DNA of 49,210 nt. Source: a virus (Duplodnaviria > Caudoviricetes). Below, one piece after another: positions 1-8,054 of the stretch. A program made the position numbers and the translations under genes. The stretch spans positions 1-49,210 of IMG/VR virus record IMGVR_UViG_3300048575_000478, one strand, 5' to 3'. The notes below the pieces were generated by a model, which saw only the letters and a program-made list of their open reading frames with translations, was not told where the DNA came from and ran no database searches. Numbering within the stretch: the first letter of the stretch is position 1; each line of letters starts with the position of its first letter.

Positions 1-179
1 GATTCCATCTTTATTTTATGGTCTTCAACCATTTGTTCAACTTGGGCTTTGTCAGCCAAAATAAATTCTTCACCATTGAGTGTTGCAGCTTCTAACAAGT
101 CAAACAATGCTTGCGGCATTACCGAATAATAAGACGGGTTGCCGTAATAATCGGACACTTTAATTTTGATTCTTTCCAT
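1..179 (-). CDS. Hypothetical protein downstream of the repressor, truncated by the window edge
   Basis: ATG at 179; MERIKIKVSDYYGNPSYYSVMPQALFDLLEAA... is open to position 1; starts 2 nt after the repressor stop. Confidence 0.7.
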   Translation of the reverse strand, partial: MERIKIKVSDYYGNPSYYSVMPQALFDLLEAATLNGEEFILADKAQVEQMVEDHKIKME

Positions 180-181
180 TC

Positions 182-856
182 TTATATTTTTTGATTACTG
201 AATACCATTGTACCACCATTCTTTTTGACGACATACCCCAACACTAATGAAATACGCTGAACAGCCCGCCAAGGAATATCAAATGGTTCATGTATCAATC
301 GACCATCGGCGTATGTTTCTGAATTTGTACTATAAGCCGTAATATGGTCGGAATCCTTACCTTGCTGAATTCGCTTTGTCACCCGGTATTCGCTTGTCTC
401 AATAACATAATCACGTCCGGGAATAATCAATTCACGGTCGTACACCTCTTTTAATGCAAGTATGCAACCGGTTGGATATTCAACCATGCTTTCACCATAA
501 TGTCGTATTGCGGCGGTTGCATTTCTGAACCAATCGCCCGTGTCGATGTATTCGGTGGGTTGGGTTACCCCGCCCATATCCGCCCCCAATTCATTAACAC
601 CACCTATTGATGCCACATTGTCATAAAATGGAATCAAATTGCCGGTTTTTTTATTTTCATCACCACCACCGGCATATTGCGGGGCTTCTTTAAGCATAAG
701 ATTACGCAAAATTGCGTGTTTTGAGTTCGGTATTTTGCTACCTGATTCCCAATTTTGAACCGTTCTTGGCGAAACACCGACCATTTCCGCAAGCTTTTCT
801 TGTGAAATGCCTAAATTTACCCGTATTTCTTTTATATCTATATCATTCATATTCAA
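182..856 (-). CDS. CI-like phage repressor (XRE HTH plus S24-like C-terminal domain)
   Basis: N-terminal HTH IRVNLGISQEKLAEMVGVSPRTVQNWESG; C-terminal GESM...VTKR S24-like motifs; divergent from a cro-like gene. Confidence 0.88.
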   Translation of the reverse strand: MNMNDIDIKEIRVNLGISQEKLAEMVGVSPRTVQNWESGSKIPNSKHAILRNLMLKEAPQYAGGGDENKKTGNLIPFYDNVASIGGVNELGADMGGVTQPTEYIDTGDWFRNATAAIRHYGESMVEYPTGCILALKEVYDRELIIPGRDYVIETSEYRVTKRIQQGKDSDHITAYSTNSETYADGRLIHEPFDIPWRAVQRISLVLGYVVKKNGGTMVFSNQKI

Positions 857-884
857 TGATTTATAAATTTCATCAAATTTTTAA

Positions 885-931
885 CACGAAATATTTCGTG
901 TTTTGTTTTGCTATTCACGAAATATTGCGTA
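885..931. promoter_or_regulatory. Two putative repressor operators: CACGAAATATTTCGTG (885-900) and CACGAAATATTGCGTA (916-931); a related site lies at 703-718
   Basis: Perfect 20-bp palindrome at 883-902 and a near-identical copy in the cI-cro intergenic region. Confidence 0.7.
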
Positions 932-937
932 GCTTTG
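907..937 (+). promoter_or_regulatory. Bacteroides-type promoter for the cro/early operon
   Basis: TTTG (907-910) - 19 nt - TAGCTTTG (930-937) fits the -33/-7 consensus TTTG-N19-21-TAnnTTTG. Confidence 0.75.
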
Positions 938-959
938 CAACATGTTTAGTTCAACGCTA

Positions 960-990
960 CAAAGGTAACGTAAAACGGCACGCAATCAAA
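960..990 (-). promoter_or_regulatory. Bacteroides-type promoter for the repressor
   Basis: Minus strand TTTG (990-987) - 19 nt - TACCTTTG (967-960). Confidence 0.7.
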
Positions 991-1049
991 TGGCAAAATT
1001 ACGTCATTTTATTGAGAAAATGGAGTATTGACAATTAAAACTTAGCATT

Positions 1050-1265
1050 ATGGATGAATTTTCATTTCAATTGGGATTTTCCCAAGTCAGACAAAAAGAC
1101 ATTAAAGAGGTCAAGAAGCGCATTATGGATGCACTTGGCATTAGTACCCGCACGAGTTGGACGGCACGCCTTAATGGCACAGTTGAACCAAAGGTTTCAG
1201 AAGCAAAAGCAATCGAAGAAATCTTTGCAGAGTATGGAATAAAAGAAATTTGGGGGGCTGCATAA
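1050..1265 (+). CDS. Cro-like small DNA-binding protein
   Basis: 71 aa, first gene divergent from the repressor; HTH-like IMDALGISTRTSWTARLNG. Confidence 0.7.
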   Translation: MDEFSFQLGFSQVRQKDIKEVKKRIMDALGISTRTSWTARLNGTVEPKVSEAKAIEEIFAEYGIKEIWGAA

Positions 1266-1657
1266 TGAACATACTTGCAAAGCTTACCAAACGTGAATCT
1301 GAAATTGCGGAATTATTCGCATGGGGTGCAAGCAAAAAAGATGTTGCAAATCGCCTTTTCGTTTCGGAACGTACTGTTGAAAACCACGCCCGAAACATAT
1401 ATGATAAAATCGGGTGTAACAAGGTCAACGAATTATCGGCGTGGTGGTTTTGCACAAAGTTTAAAATATCATTTGACTTGTCACCATTAAAGCAACGCAT
1501 TATTGCTTATTCAATGCTTATGTTGATAGTTCCGCAAATTTTCTTCAATGATGATAATGTAATGCGTGTTTTCCGCTCAAAAACAGCGGCAAGGACTTGC
1601 CGTTTAGCAAGGCGCAAAGCAGAATCGGACAACGCAACGTTTGATTTTTTAGATTAA
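1265..1657 (+). CDS. LuxR-type HTH regulator with a hydrophobic C-terminal segment
   Basis: LTKRESEIAELFAWGASKKDVANRLFVSERTVENHARNIYDKIG is a LuxR/GerE HTH; ATG at 1265 preferred. Confidence 0.82.
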   Translation: MNILAKLTKRESEIAELFAWGASKKDVANRLFVSERTVENHARNIYDKIGCNKVNELSAWWFCTKFKISFDLSPLKQRIIAYSMLMLIVPQIFFNDDNVMRVFRSKTAARTCRLARRKAESDNATFDFLD

Positions 1658-1675
1658 CACTTAAAATTCGCAACA

Positions 1676-1918
1676 ATGAAAGAGATTATTAATGAAATGT
1701 TTAAAGAAACCGGCTTTGACAAGCTTACTTGGAAACAAAGAGTATTATTCTTTTGGTGCGTGCTTGCTTTTTGCCTGATGCTATGTTGCAACTATGATGA
1801 ATCACGTTGGTATGCCTTGCCAATACTCCTTGGGAACTTTAGCATATCGGCATTCATGGTCAACAAGTTTATTCCCAAAGATTTTTGGAACAACATTAAA
1901 GATGATGAAGAATTTTGA
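1676..1918 (+). CDS. Small hypothetical membrane protein
   Basis: 80 aa with two hydrophobic stretches; in operon. Confidence 0.65.
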   Translation: MKEIINEMFKETGFDKLTWKQRVLFFWCVLAFCLMLCCNYDESRWYALPILLGNFSISAFMVNKFIPKDFWNNIKDDEEF

Positions 1919-2177
1919 CCCCAATACGCCAATATGGCAACTAACAATCGGTGAATTCATGGAACTGATTAATCAAGTCCAAACGGTGACAATTGATAAT
2001 ACACCAAAGGAAAAACGCTTGGTTTATGGTATTGCCGGGATTGCGCAAATATTCAATTGCAGCATGACCACCGCAAACAGAATTAAGGCAAGCGGAAAGA
2101 TTGACAGGGCAATATCACAATGTGGTCGAATGATAACCGTTGATGCTGACTTGGCATTGGAATTAATGAAGAAATAA
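1902..2177 (+). CDS. DUF3853-like (excisionase-like HTH) protein
   Basis: TPIWQLTIGEF...VYGIAGIAQIFNCSMTTANRIKASGKID pattern typical of Bacteroides DUF3853. Confidence 0.75.
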   Translation: MMKNFDPNTPIWQLTIGEFMELINQVQTVTIDNTPKEKRLVYGIAGIAQIFNCSMTTANRIKASGKIDRAISQCGRMITVDADLALELMKK

Positions 2178-2209
2178 CAGTTTTATTTAATATAATAATA
2201 ATTACAACA

Positions 2210-2743
2210 ATGAAAAAGATTTTAGTATTAGACAAAAAGAACCCGCAAGATGTTATCGGTGAGTTCAACTCAATTGAAGATGCGCAAGCGCATGTTATTG
2301 ACCTTGCACAAGAAGATGAAGACATTTCAATATTTGATTACTCTATTAAAGAGGTCGAATATAAAGACGTATCAACTACAATTTCAAGCTATGAAGCTGC
2401 AAAAGATTCGCTTGGAAGTGTTGGGGTTAAAGTAATTCCCGAAGTAAGGGAACACCATGCAAAGGCACTTAATGCCTTGAATAAATTATTCACCATCGCG
2501 GAAGCATGGAACAAGGCGGATAATTTCATTCCTGATTTTTCAAATCGTAACCAATACAAGTATTTCCCTTGGTTCGTGTATAACGATAATGCTGCGGGGT
2601 TCGTGTTTGCGTCTACGTATACTACGGCTTCGATTGCGACTGCGGCTCTCGGTTCTCGGCTTTGCTTTTCAACAAGCGAACGCGCGGAACAATTCGGAAA
2701 GCAATTTATTGACCTGTGGAATGATTTCTTGTTATTTCGTTAA
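2210..2743 (+). CDS. DGR target protein 2 (early-region protein with internal variable repeat VR2)
   Basis: Contains VR2; C-terminal ~95 aa paralogous to 7038-7571 (YKYFPWF...GSRLCFSTSERAEQFGKQFIDLWNDFL). Confidence 0.9.
   Translation: MKKILVLDKKNPQDVIGEFNSIEDAQAHVIDLAQEDEDISIFDYSIKEVEYKDVSTTISSYEAAKDSLGSVGVKVIPEVREHHAKALNALNKLFTIAEAWNKADNFIPDFSNRNQYKYFPWFVYNDNAAGFVFASTYTTASIATAALGSRLCFSTSERAEQFGKQFIDLWNDFLLFR
2591..2671 (+). repeat. DGR variable repeat VR2
   Basis: 81-nt ungapped match to TR 43691-43771; 17 mismatches by hand count, all at TR adenines. Confidence 0.95.
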
Positions 2744-2745
2744 TC

Positions 2746-2763
2746 GTGTAACACTATAATACA
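2746..2763 (+). promoter_or_regulatory. Copy 1 of 9 of the phage-wide palindromic motif GTGTAWYACTATAATACA
   Basis: Other copies start at 7574, 13582, 16196 (inverted), 19197, 26166, 26293, 35801 and 41811; all intergenic. Confidence 0.8.
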
Positions 2764-2770
2764 AAGGGTT

Positions 2771-4729
2771 ATGAAAAAAGTTATTTTAAAAAGCATTTCA
2801 CTTATAAATTGGAAAGGTGAAAAGCAACGAACAACCGAATTCAACGATTTGGAAACAACCATTTCGGGCGAAAATGGACTTGGAAAAACAAGACATTTCG
2901 ATGCTTTCATGTGGTTGCTTTTCGGCAAGGATTCACAAGACCGCAAGGATTATCAAATTAAAACATTGGTCAACGGAAAACCGCTTGAAAAAGTTGATTG
3001 TGAAGTGTCCGGCATCCTGATGGTTGATGATGAAGAAATACGTTTGCGCCGTGCTTTCGTTGAAGATTGGGTAAAACCACGCGGACAAGTTGAACAAGTG
3101 TTCAAAGGCAATCATACTGAAACATATTGGAATGATGCCCCGGTAAATGTATCAGAGTATCAAAAGCGAATCAGTACCATTATTGATGATTCGGTTTTCA
3201 AGATGGTGACAAACCCACTTTTCTTTGCCAACATGAAATGGCAAGACCAACGGGAACAATTATTTCAGTTGGCGGGTACAATTACCGACCAAGAAATTGC
3301 AGCAAGCAACCCAAGCTTTACCGCGTTGCTTGATAAGATTTCGGGCAAATCACTTGTGGATTTCAAACGTGAAATTTCAGCTAAAAAGAAACGCTTGAAA
3401 GATGATTTGGAGCAAATACAACCACGTATTGACCAAACACACCGTTTGATGCCACAAAAAGAAGATTATTCGGAACTTGAAAAGCAACTTGCCGATGTTG
3501 ACAAGGAAATTGAAAGCGTTGATAAGGCTATTGCCGACAAGACAGCCGCCGTGCGCCAACAATATGAGGGTGTACAAAAGAAACAGTCTGAAATCAACGA
3601 CTTGAAACAACGCCGTCAAAAGGTTTTATTTGATGCTCAAAACCAAGCACGTGAAGCCGCTTTCACAGCGAATGCAAGTCGCCGGGATTTGGAAAGCAAC
3701 ATCAAATCAACCGAAAATGAAATTGCCACGATGCAAAGAAGTTATCAACTTTCAGTTCGCGAACTTGAATCGTTGAAAGAACGTCTTGAATCGAAAAATA
3801 AGGATATTGAAGCCTTGCGCAAAACATGGTTTGAAGAAAATGCAAAACAGTACCAAGGTGACGACACTTGCCATTCTTGTGGTCAAGTATTACCCGAAAG
3901 CATGAAAAACAACGCCCGCCAATTATTTGCGGATGCAAAAGCCAAAGAACTTGCCAAAATAACACGAAAAGGCGGCGAAATGGACAATGAAGCATCGCAA
4001 TTGGTACAAGACATTGCCGATGCTGAAAAAACGCTTGAAACGCAAAAAAACGACTTGCAAATTAAACGTGACCAACTTGTTTCATTAAGCAATCAAATCA
4101 CCCAATTACCGGTTGTTGAGCAATCAGACGTTAAGCCGGAAGACATCAACGAGTATGTCCAATTAACCGGGCAAATTAAAACCCTTGAATCAACGCTTGA
4201 TTCCGGCACTGAACAAATCGACACAACCGAATTGCAGAACCGGAAAAAGGGATTCTTGCAAATGCGTGATGAAATCAAGGGGCGTTTGTCAAGCCGCGAA
4301 ACCATCGTTCAATTTCAAAATCAAATTACCCAATTGGAAACGCAAGGGAAAGACCTTGCCCAACAAATTGCCGATGTTGAACGTGAAGAATACAACATTC
4401 AAAACTTTACCAAGGCAAAAATTGATGAATGCGAACGCCGAATCAATGGCTTGTTCTCTTTGGTAAAATTCAAGCTGTTTGATTACACAATTGAGGGCAA
4501 CGAATCCGAAACATGCGTGCCATTGGTCGATGGTGTGCCGTTCCCAACGGTTAACACAGCCGGAAAGGTAAACGCCGGTCTTGATATAATCAATGCCCTT
4601 TGCCGATTCTACAATGTTTGTGCGCCAATCTTTATTGATGGTCGGGAAAGCGTGAACCGCCTTATTCAAACAGAAAGTCAAATAATAAACCTTGTCGTTT
4701 CATACGATAAGACATTAATAATCAAATAA
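2771..4729 (+). CDS. SMC/Rad50-like AAA ATPase with coiled coil
   Basis: Walker A GENGLGKT, long coiled coil with CHSC zinc-hook motif, C-terminal IFIDGRES Walker B region. Confidence 0.85.
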   Translation: MKKVILKSISLINWKGEKQRTTEFNDLETTISGENGLGKTRHFDAFMWLLFGKDSQDRKDYQIKTLVNGKPLEKVDCEVSGILMVDDEEIRLRRAFVEDWVKPRGQVEQVFKGNHTETYWNDAPVNVSEYQKRISTIIDDSVFKMVTNPLFFANMKWQDQREQLFQLAGTITDQEIAASNPSFTALLDKISGKSLVDFKREISAKKKRLKDDLEQIQPRIDQTHRLMPQKEDYSELEKQLADVDKEIESVDKAIADKTAAVRQQYEGVQKKQSEINDLKQRRQKVLFDAQNQAREAAFTANASRRDLESNIKSTENEIATMQRSYQLSVRELESLKERLESKNKDIEALRKTWFEENAKQYQGDDTCHSCGQVLPESMKNNARQLFADAKAKELAKITRKGGEMDNEASQLVQDIADAEKTLETQKNDLQIKRDQLVSLSNQITQLPVVEQSDVKPEDINEYVQLTGQIKTLESTLDSGTEQIDTTELQNRKKGFLQMRDEIKGRLSSRETIVQFQNQITQLETQGKDLAQQIADVEREEYNIQNFTKAKIDECERRINGLFSLVKFKLFDYTIEGNESETCVPLVDGVPFPTVNTAGKVNAGLDIINALCRFYNVCAPIFIDGRESVNRLIQTESQIINLVVSYDKTLIIK

Positions 4730-4742
4730 ATAATTCGCAACA

Positions 4743-5057
4743 ATGAAAGAAGAAATCAAAAGTGAATTTGCTTCCAAGATGGAAGAAATCGCAAAACAAG
4801 TAACTGCTTTAGTTGAAAATGACCCTAAAAAGTCGGTAATAATCATTGCAACCGAATCGGACAATGAGGGTACGGGCGCGGTTATTGCCGTTGCCGGACG
4901 TGGTGGAGAATTGGCAAAAGGTATTGCAGAGTTTGCCACAAATGATGAATCAAAAAGTGTTCTTGTCGCCGGTCTAAAGTTGGCACAAACCAAAATGATG
5001 TTTCAAACCCTTGAAAAAATCGTGGGGGGGGGCATTCCCAAGGATTCAAAAGAATAA
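4743..5057 (+). CDS. Hypothetical protein
   Basis: 104-aa ORF in operon; G9 tract near its 3' end. Confidence 0.7.
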   Translation: MKEEIKSEFASKMEEIAKQVTALVENDPKKSVIIIATESDNEGTGAVIAVAGRGGELAKGIAEFATNDESKSVLVAGLKLAQTKMMFQTLEKIVGGGIPKDSKE

Positions 5058-5076
5058 TTCCTTAAAAAACAAAACA

Positions 5077-5985
5077 ATGAGTGAAGTTCAAAAAAACGGT
5101 GGACAATCCACCACGCAATTGGCAACAACGGGTAATGCCAACATAACATTCAATTTCTTTGACCCGGTACAATTTGAGACTATGCAACGGGTTTGCAAGT
5201 TGTTTGCAAGTTCCGAACTTGTCCCGGACATGTACAAGGTTTCAGAGAAAAACCCGCTTGATAAAGCAATGGCAAATTGCATGATTGCAATTGAGATTTC
5301 GCAACGTATCGGTGCAAGTCCATTGATGATAATGCAAAATATGGTTCCCATCTATGGCAAGCCGTCTTGGTCGTCTAAGTTCTTGATTTCAACCGTGAAT
5401 ACTTGCGGTCGATTCAACCCACTACAATTCAAATTTGCCGAAAAAGGTGCGTTGGGATTAGTTGAATATACCGAATACACAAAAGTATGGGTGAACAACC
5501 CCAATGGCAAAGGGTATTACAAGAACGATGCAAAAACATCAACCTTTGACGGCAAGAAGATAATGGACATTGAATGTATTGCATGGACAACCGCAAAAGG
5601 TTCTGATGAAATATTGGAATCATCGCCAATTTCCTTGCGCCTTGCTATTCAAGAGGGTTGGTATTTGAAAGCCGGTTCAAAATGGCAGACCATGCCCAAG
5701 CAAATGTTGATGTATCGTGCCGCTTCCTTTTGGACAAACGTGTATGCACCGGAATTGTCAATGGGAATGAAAACCGTTGAGGAACAACAAGATATAATCG
5801 ACATTACCGATTATGAGGATGTGACCGACAAGGTAGAGAAAGAGAAAACGGAAAAGGGGAATAAAACCAATATTGGTTTTGATGCCGCCCCGCAATCGCA
5901 AGCCCCGGAGCAACCACAAAATCAGGAACAAGCCCCAAAGGCTGATGCCCCGAAAGTTGATAATCAACCAACACCCGGTTTTTAA
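5077..5985 (+). CDS. RecT-like single-strand annealing recombinase
   Basis: Lies between AAA ATPase and MBL hydrolase; motifs ANCMIAIE, GKPSWSSKF, SKWQTMPKQMLMYRAASF; low-complexity tail. Confidence 0.65.
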   Translation: MSEVQKNGGQSTTQLATTGNANITFNFFDPVQFETMQRVCKLFASSELVPDMYKVSEKNPLDKAMANCMIAIEISQRIGASPLMIMQNMVPIYGKPSWSSKFLISTVNTCGRFNPLQFKFAEKGALGLVEYTEYTKVWVNNPNGKGYYKNDAKTSTFDGKKIMDIECIAWTTAKGSDEILESSPISLRLAIQEGWYLKAGSKWQTMPKQMLMYRAASFWTNVYAPELSMGMKTVEEQQDIIDITDYEDVTDKVEKEKTEKGNKTNIGFDAAPQSQAPEQPQNQEQAPKADAPKVDNQPTPGF

Positions 5986-5988
5986 GCT

Positions 5989-6729
5989 ATGGAATTAAAG
6001 ATTCTCGGAAGTAGTTCGGCAGGCAATTGTTATGTGTTTGACAATGGAAAGGAAGCCTTGGTTATTGAATGTGGCATTGCTTTCAACAAGGTGAAAGAAG
6101 TGGTTAATTTCGACATTTCACGAATAGTTGGTGCGATAGTATCACACGAACACGGCGACCACGCCAAGATGGTTGGAAAGTTCCTTGATGCACTCATTCC
6201 GGTGTATATGTCAAATGGAACGGCTCAAAGTCTTGGAGTATCAGGCAATCACCTTTTGCATAAAATGGTCAAGGATGGTGTTTATAACGTTGGAAACTTC
6301 AAAGTTTACGCATTCACAACACAGCATGATGCCGCCGAACCTTTCGGATTTTTAATATACCACGAAGAAATGGGAACGGTCTTGTTTGCGACCGATACGT
6401 ATTATTTGGAATACACATTTAATGGCTTGAATAACATTATGTTAGAATGTAATTATAAGCTTGAAATATTGGAATCCAATATTGCCGCCGGTCGGATACC
6501 CGCAAAACTTCGTGACAGAACAATAAAAAGCCATTGCAGTCTACAAACTTGCAAAGAGATACTTCAAGCAAATGATTTGTCTTTGGTTAACAATATTGTT
6601 TTGATTCATCTTTCCGATGGCAATTCAAACGCAACGGAATTCCAAAGGGATATACAGGAAGCAACCGGCAAGACCGTTCACATTGCCAATAAGGGTATGA
6701 CTTTAAAATTCAATAAAACACCATTTTAA
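5989..6729 (+). CDS. MBL-fold metallo-hydrolase (putative exonuclease partner of RecT)
   Basis: LGSSSAGNCY, SHEHGDH, HDAAEP, ATDT and LIHLS motifs. Confidence 0.9.
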   Translation: MELKILGSSSAGNCYVFDNGKEALVIECGIAFNKVKEVVNFDISRIVGAIVSHEHGDHAKMVGKFLDALIPVYMSNGTAQSLGVSGNHLLHKMVKDGVYNVGNFKVYAFTTQHDAAEPFGFLIYHEEMGTVLFATDTYYLEYTFNGLNNIMLECNYKLEILESNIAAGRIPAKLRDRTIKSHCSLQTCKEILQANDLSLVNNIVLIHLSDGNSNATEFQRDIQEATGKTVHIANKGMTLKFNKTPF

Positions 6730-6739
6730 TTTCAAAATT

Positions 6740-7015
6740 ATGACAAAGAAAGAATTGATTAATGCGGTTTGTGACCGCGCGGAAATCAACCGCACAGAAT
6801 TTGAACACGGATTCAACAACTTGATTGAAGTTGTAAAAGAAACAATCGCCAAGGGTGAACCAATCTATGTGCGCGGATTAGGAACATTGAAAAACGTTCC
6901 AAGAAAAGCCAAGGTTGCACGTGACATTCACAAAGGTGAATCAATCATTGTTCCAAAGCGAAATGAACCAGTGTTCAAACCATCAAAAGAGTTCAAAAAA
7001 CAAGTAAATCAATAG
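6740..7015 (+). CDS. HU/IHF-family DNA-binding protein
   Basis: MTKKELINAV...VRGLGTL...RKAKVARDIHKGESIIVP...PVFKPSKEFK. Confidence 0.9.
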   Translation: MTKKELINAVCDRAEINRTEFEHGFNNLIEVVKETIAKGEPIYVRGLGTLKNVPRKAKVARDIHKGESIIVPKRNEPVFKPSKEFKKQVNQ

Positions 7016-7037
7016 TTTAACATTAATAATTACGATT

Positions 7038-7571
7038 ATGAATAAAAAGTTTTTCATGGTATTTGTTGAGGGCGAAAACACCCCAACGGTACAACACGAC
7101 AATTTGAAGAAAGCCGAAAAGGAAGCCCAAAGATTGGCAGACAAATACGGCAAAAAAGCCTTTGTTCTTGAATCAACATCGTTGATTACACCCGATGAAA
7201 TCAATGTAAAAGTTGATTCATTTGAAGCCGCCCTTGAATTTCTTGGACGTGAAAACAATGCTTGTATGTGTGGCATTCCTGACAAGCACGCAAAAGCGAT
7301 GGTTGCCATGTATAAGCTAATCACTATTGCAGAAGCGTGGAACAAAGCAGATAAGTTTGTACCCGATTATGACAATACCAATCAGTACAAATGGTTTCCT
7401 TGGTTTCAAAAACGGGGTACTGCGGGGTTCGTGTTTGCGTATACGAATATTGCGGCTTCGTATGCGGGTGCGCTTTTCGGTTCTCGGCTTTGCTTTTCAA
7501 CAAGCGAACGCGCGGAACAATTCGGAAAACAATTTATTGACCTGTGGAATGACTTCTTGTTATTTCGCTAA
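7038..7571 (+). CDS. DGR target protein 3 (paralog of 2210-2743, internal VR3)
   Basis: Contains VR3; same C-terminal domain as target 2 but a different N-terminus. Confidence 0.9.
   Translation: MNKKFFMVFVEGENTPTVQHDNLKKAEKEAQRLADKYGKKAFVLESTSLITPDEINVKVDSFEAALEFLGRENNACMCGIPDKHAKAMVAMYKLITIAEAWNKADKFVPDYDNTNQYKWFPWFQKRGTAGFVFAYTNIAASYAGALFGSRLCFSTSERAEQFGKQFIDLWNDFLLFR
7419..7499 (+). repeat. DGR variable repeat VR3
   Basis: 81-nt ungapped match to TR 43691-43771; 16 mismatches by hand count, all at TR adenines. Confidence 0.95.
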
Positions 7572-7597
7572 TTGTGTAACACTATAATACAAAAAGT

Positions 7598-8029
7598 ATG
7601 GAAAAGACTATTGGAAAAGAGTACAAAAATGCTCGCGACCGTGAAGCATTTTTAAAGGATAATTGCGATAAGGTGGAAGAAAAATGGTACATGAAACCCT
7701 ATACCCCGGAAGAATTGCAAGGACACAAAGAGAATTTGGCAAATGTTTCAATCGAAATCGCCGAAGTTGAAGCGGAAAAGAAAGCGCAAGATGCTTACTA
7801 CAAAGGGCAATTAAAGCCGCTTATAGAACAACGCGCACAAATGGTTTCAAACATCAAATCCAAGTCCGAATACGTCAAGGAAATATGCTACAAGTTTGTT
7901 GACCAAGAAGCAAAAGAAACAGGCTTTTACAACGCCGATGGTGATTTGGTTGAAAGCAGACCGGCAACCGCCGATGAATTGCAACCAACCATTTTTTCAA
8001 TGGCACGCAAAACCGGAACAAACGACTAA
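7598..8029 (+). CDS. Hypothetical phage protein (coiled coil)
   Basis: 143-aa ORF in operon. Confidence 0.75.
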   Translation: MEKTIGKEYKNARDREAFLKDNCDKVEEKWYMKPYTPEELQGHKENLANVSIEIAEVEAEKKAQDAYYKGQLKPLIEQRAQMVSNIKSKSEYVKEICYKFVDQEAKETGFYNADGDLVESRPATADELQPTIFSMARKTGTND

Positions 8030-8054
8030 TTATTAATCATTAAAATTCAAAAAG

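Noticed and set aside
712-1038. ORF 712-1038 and the many short antisense or overlapping ORFs in the track
   Set aside because: They overlap better-supported genes or the switch region and show no recognisable motifs
2746-2763. TATAAT inside the repeated motif as a sigma70 -10 box
   Set aside because: Bacteroidales primary promoters use TAnnTTTG, no matching -35 is evident, and TATAAT is part of the palindrome arm
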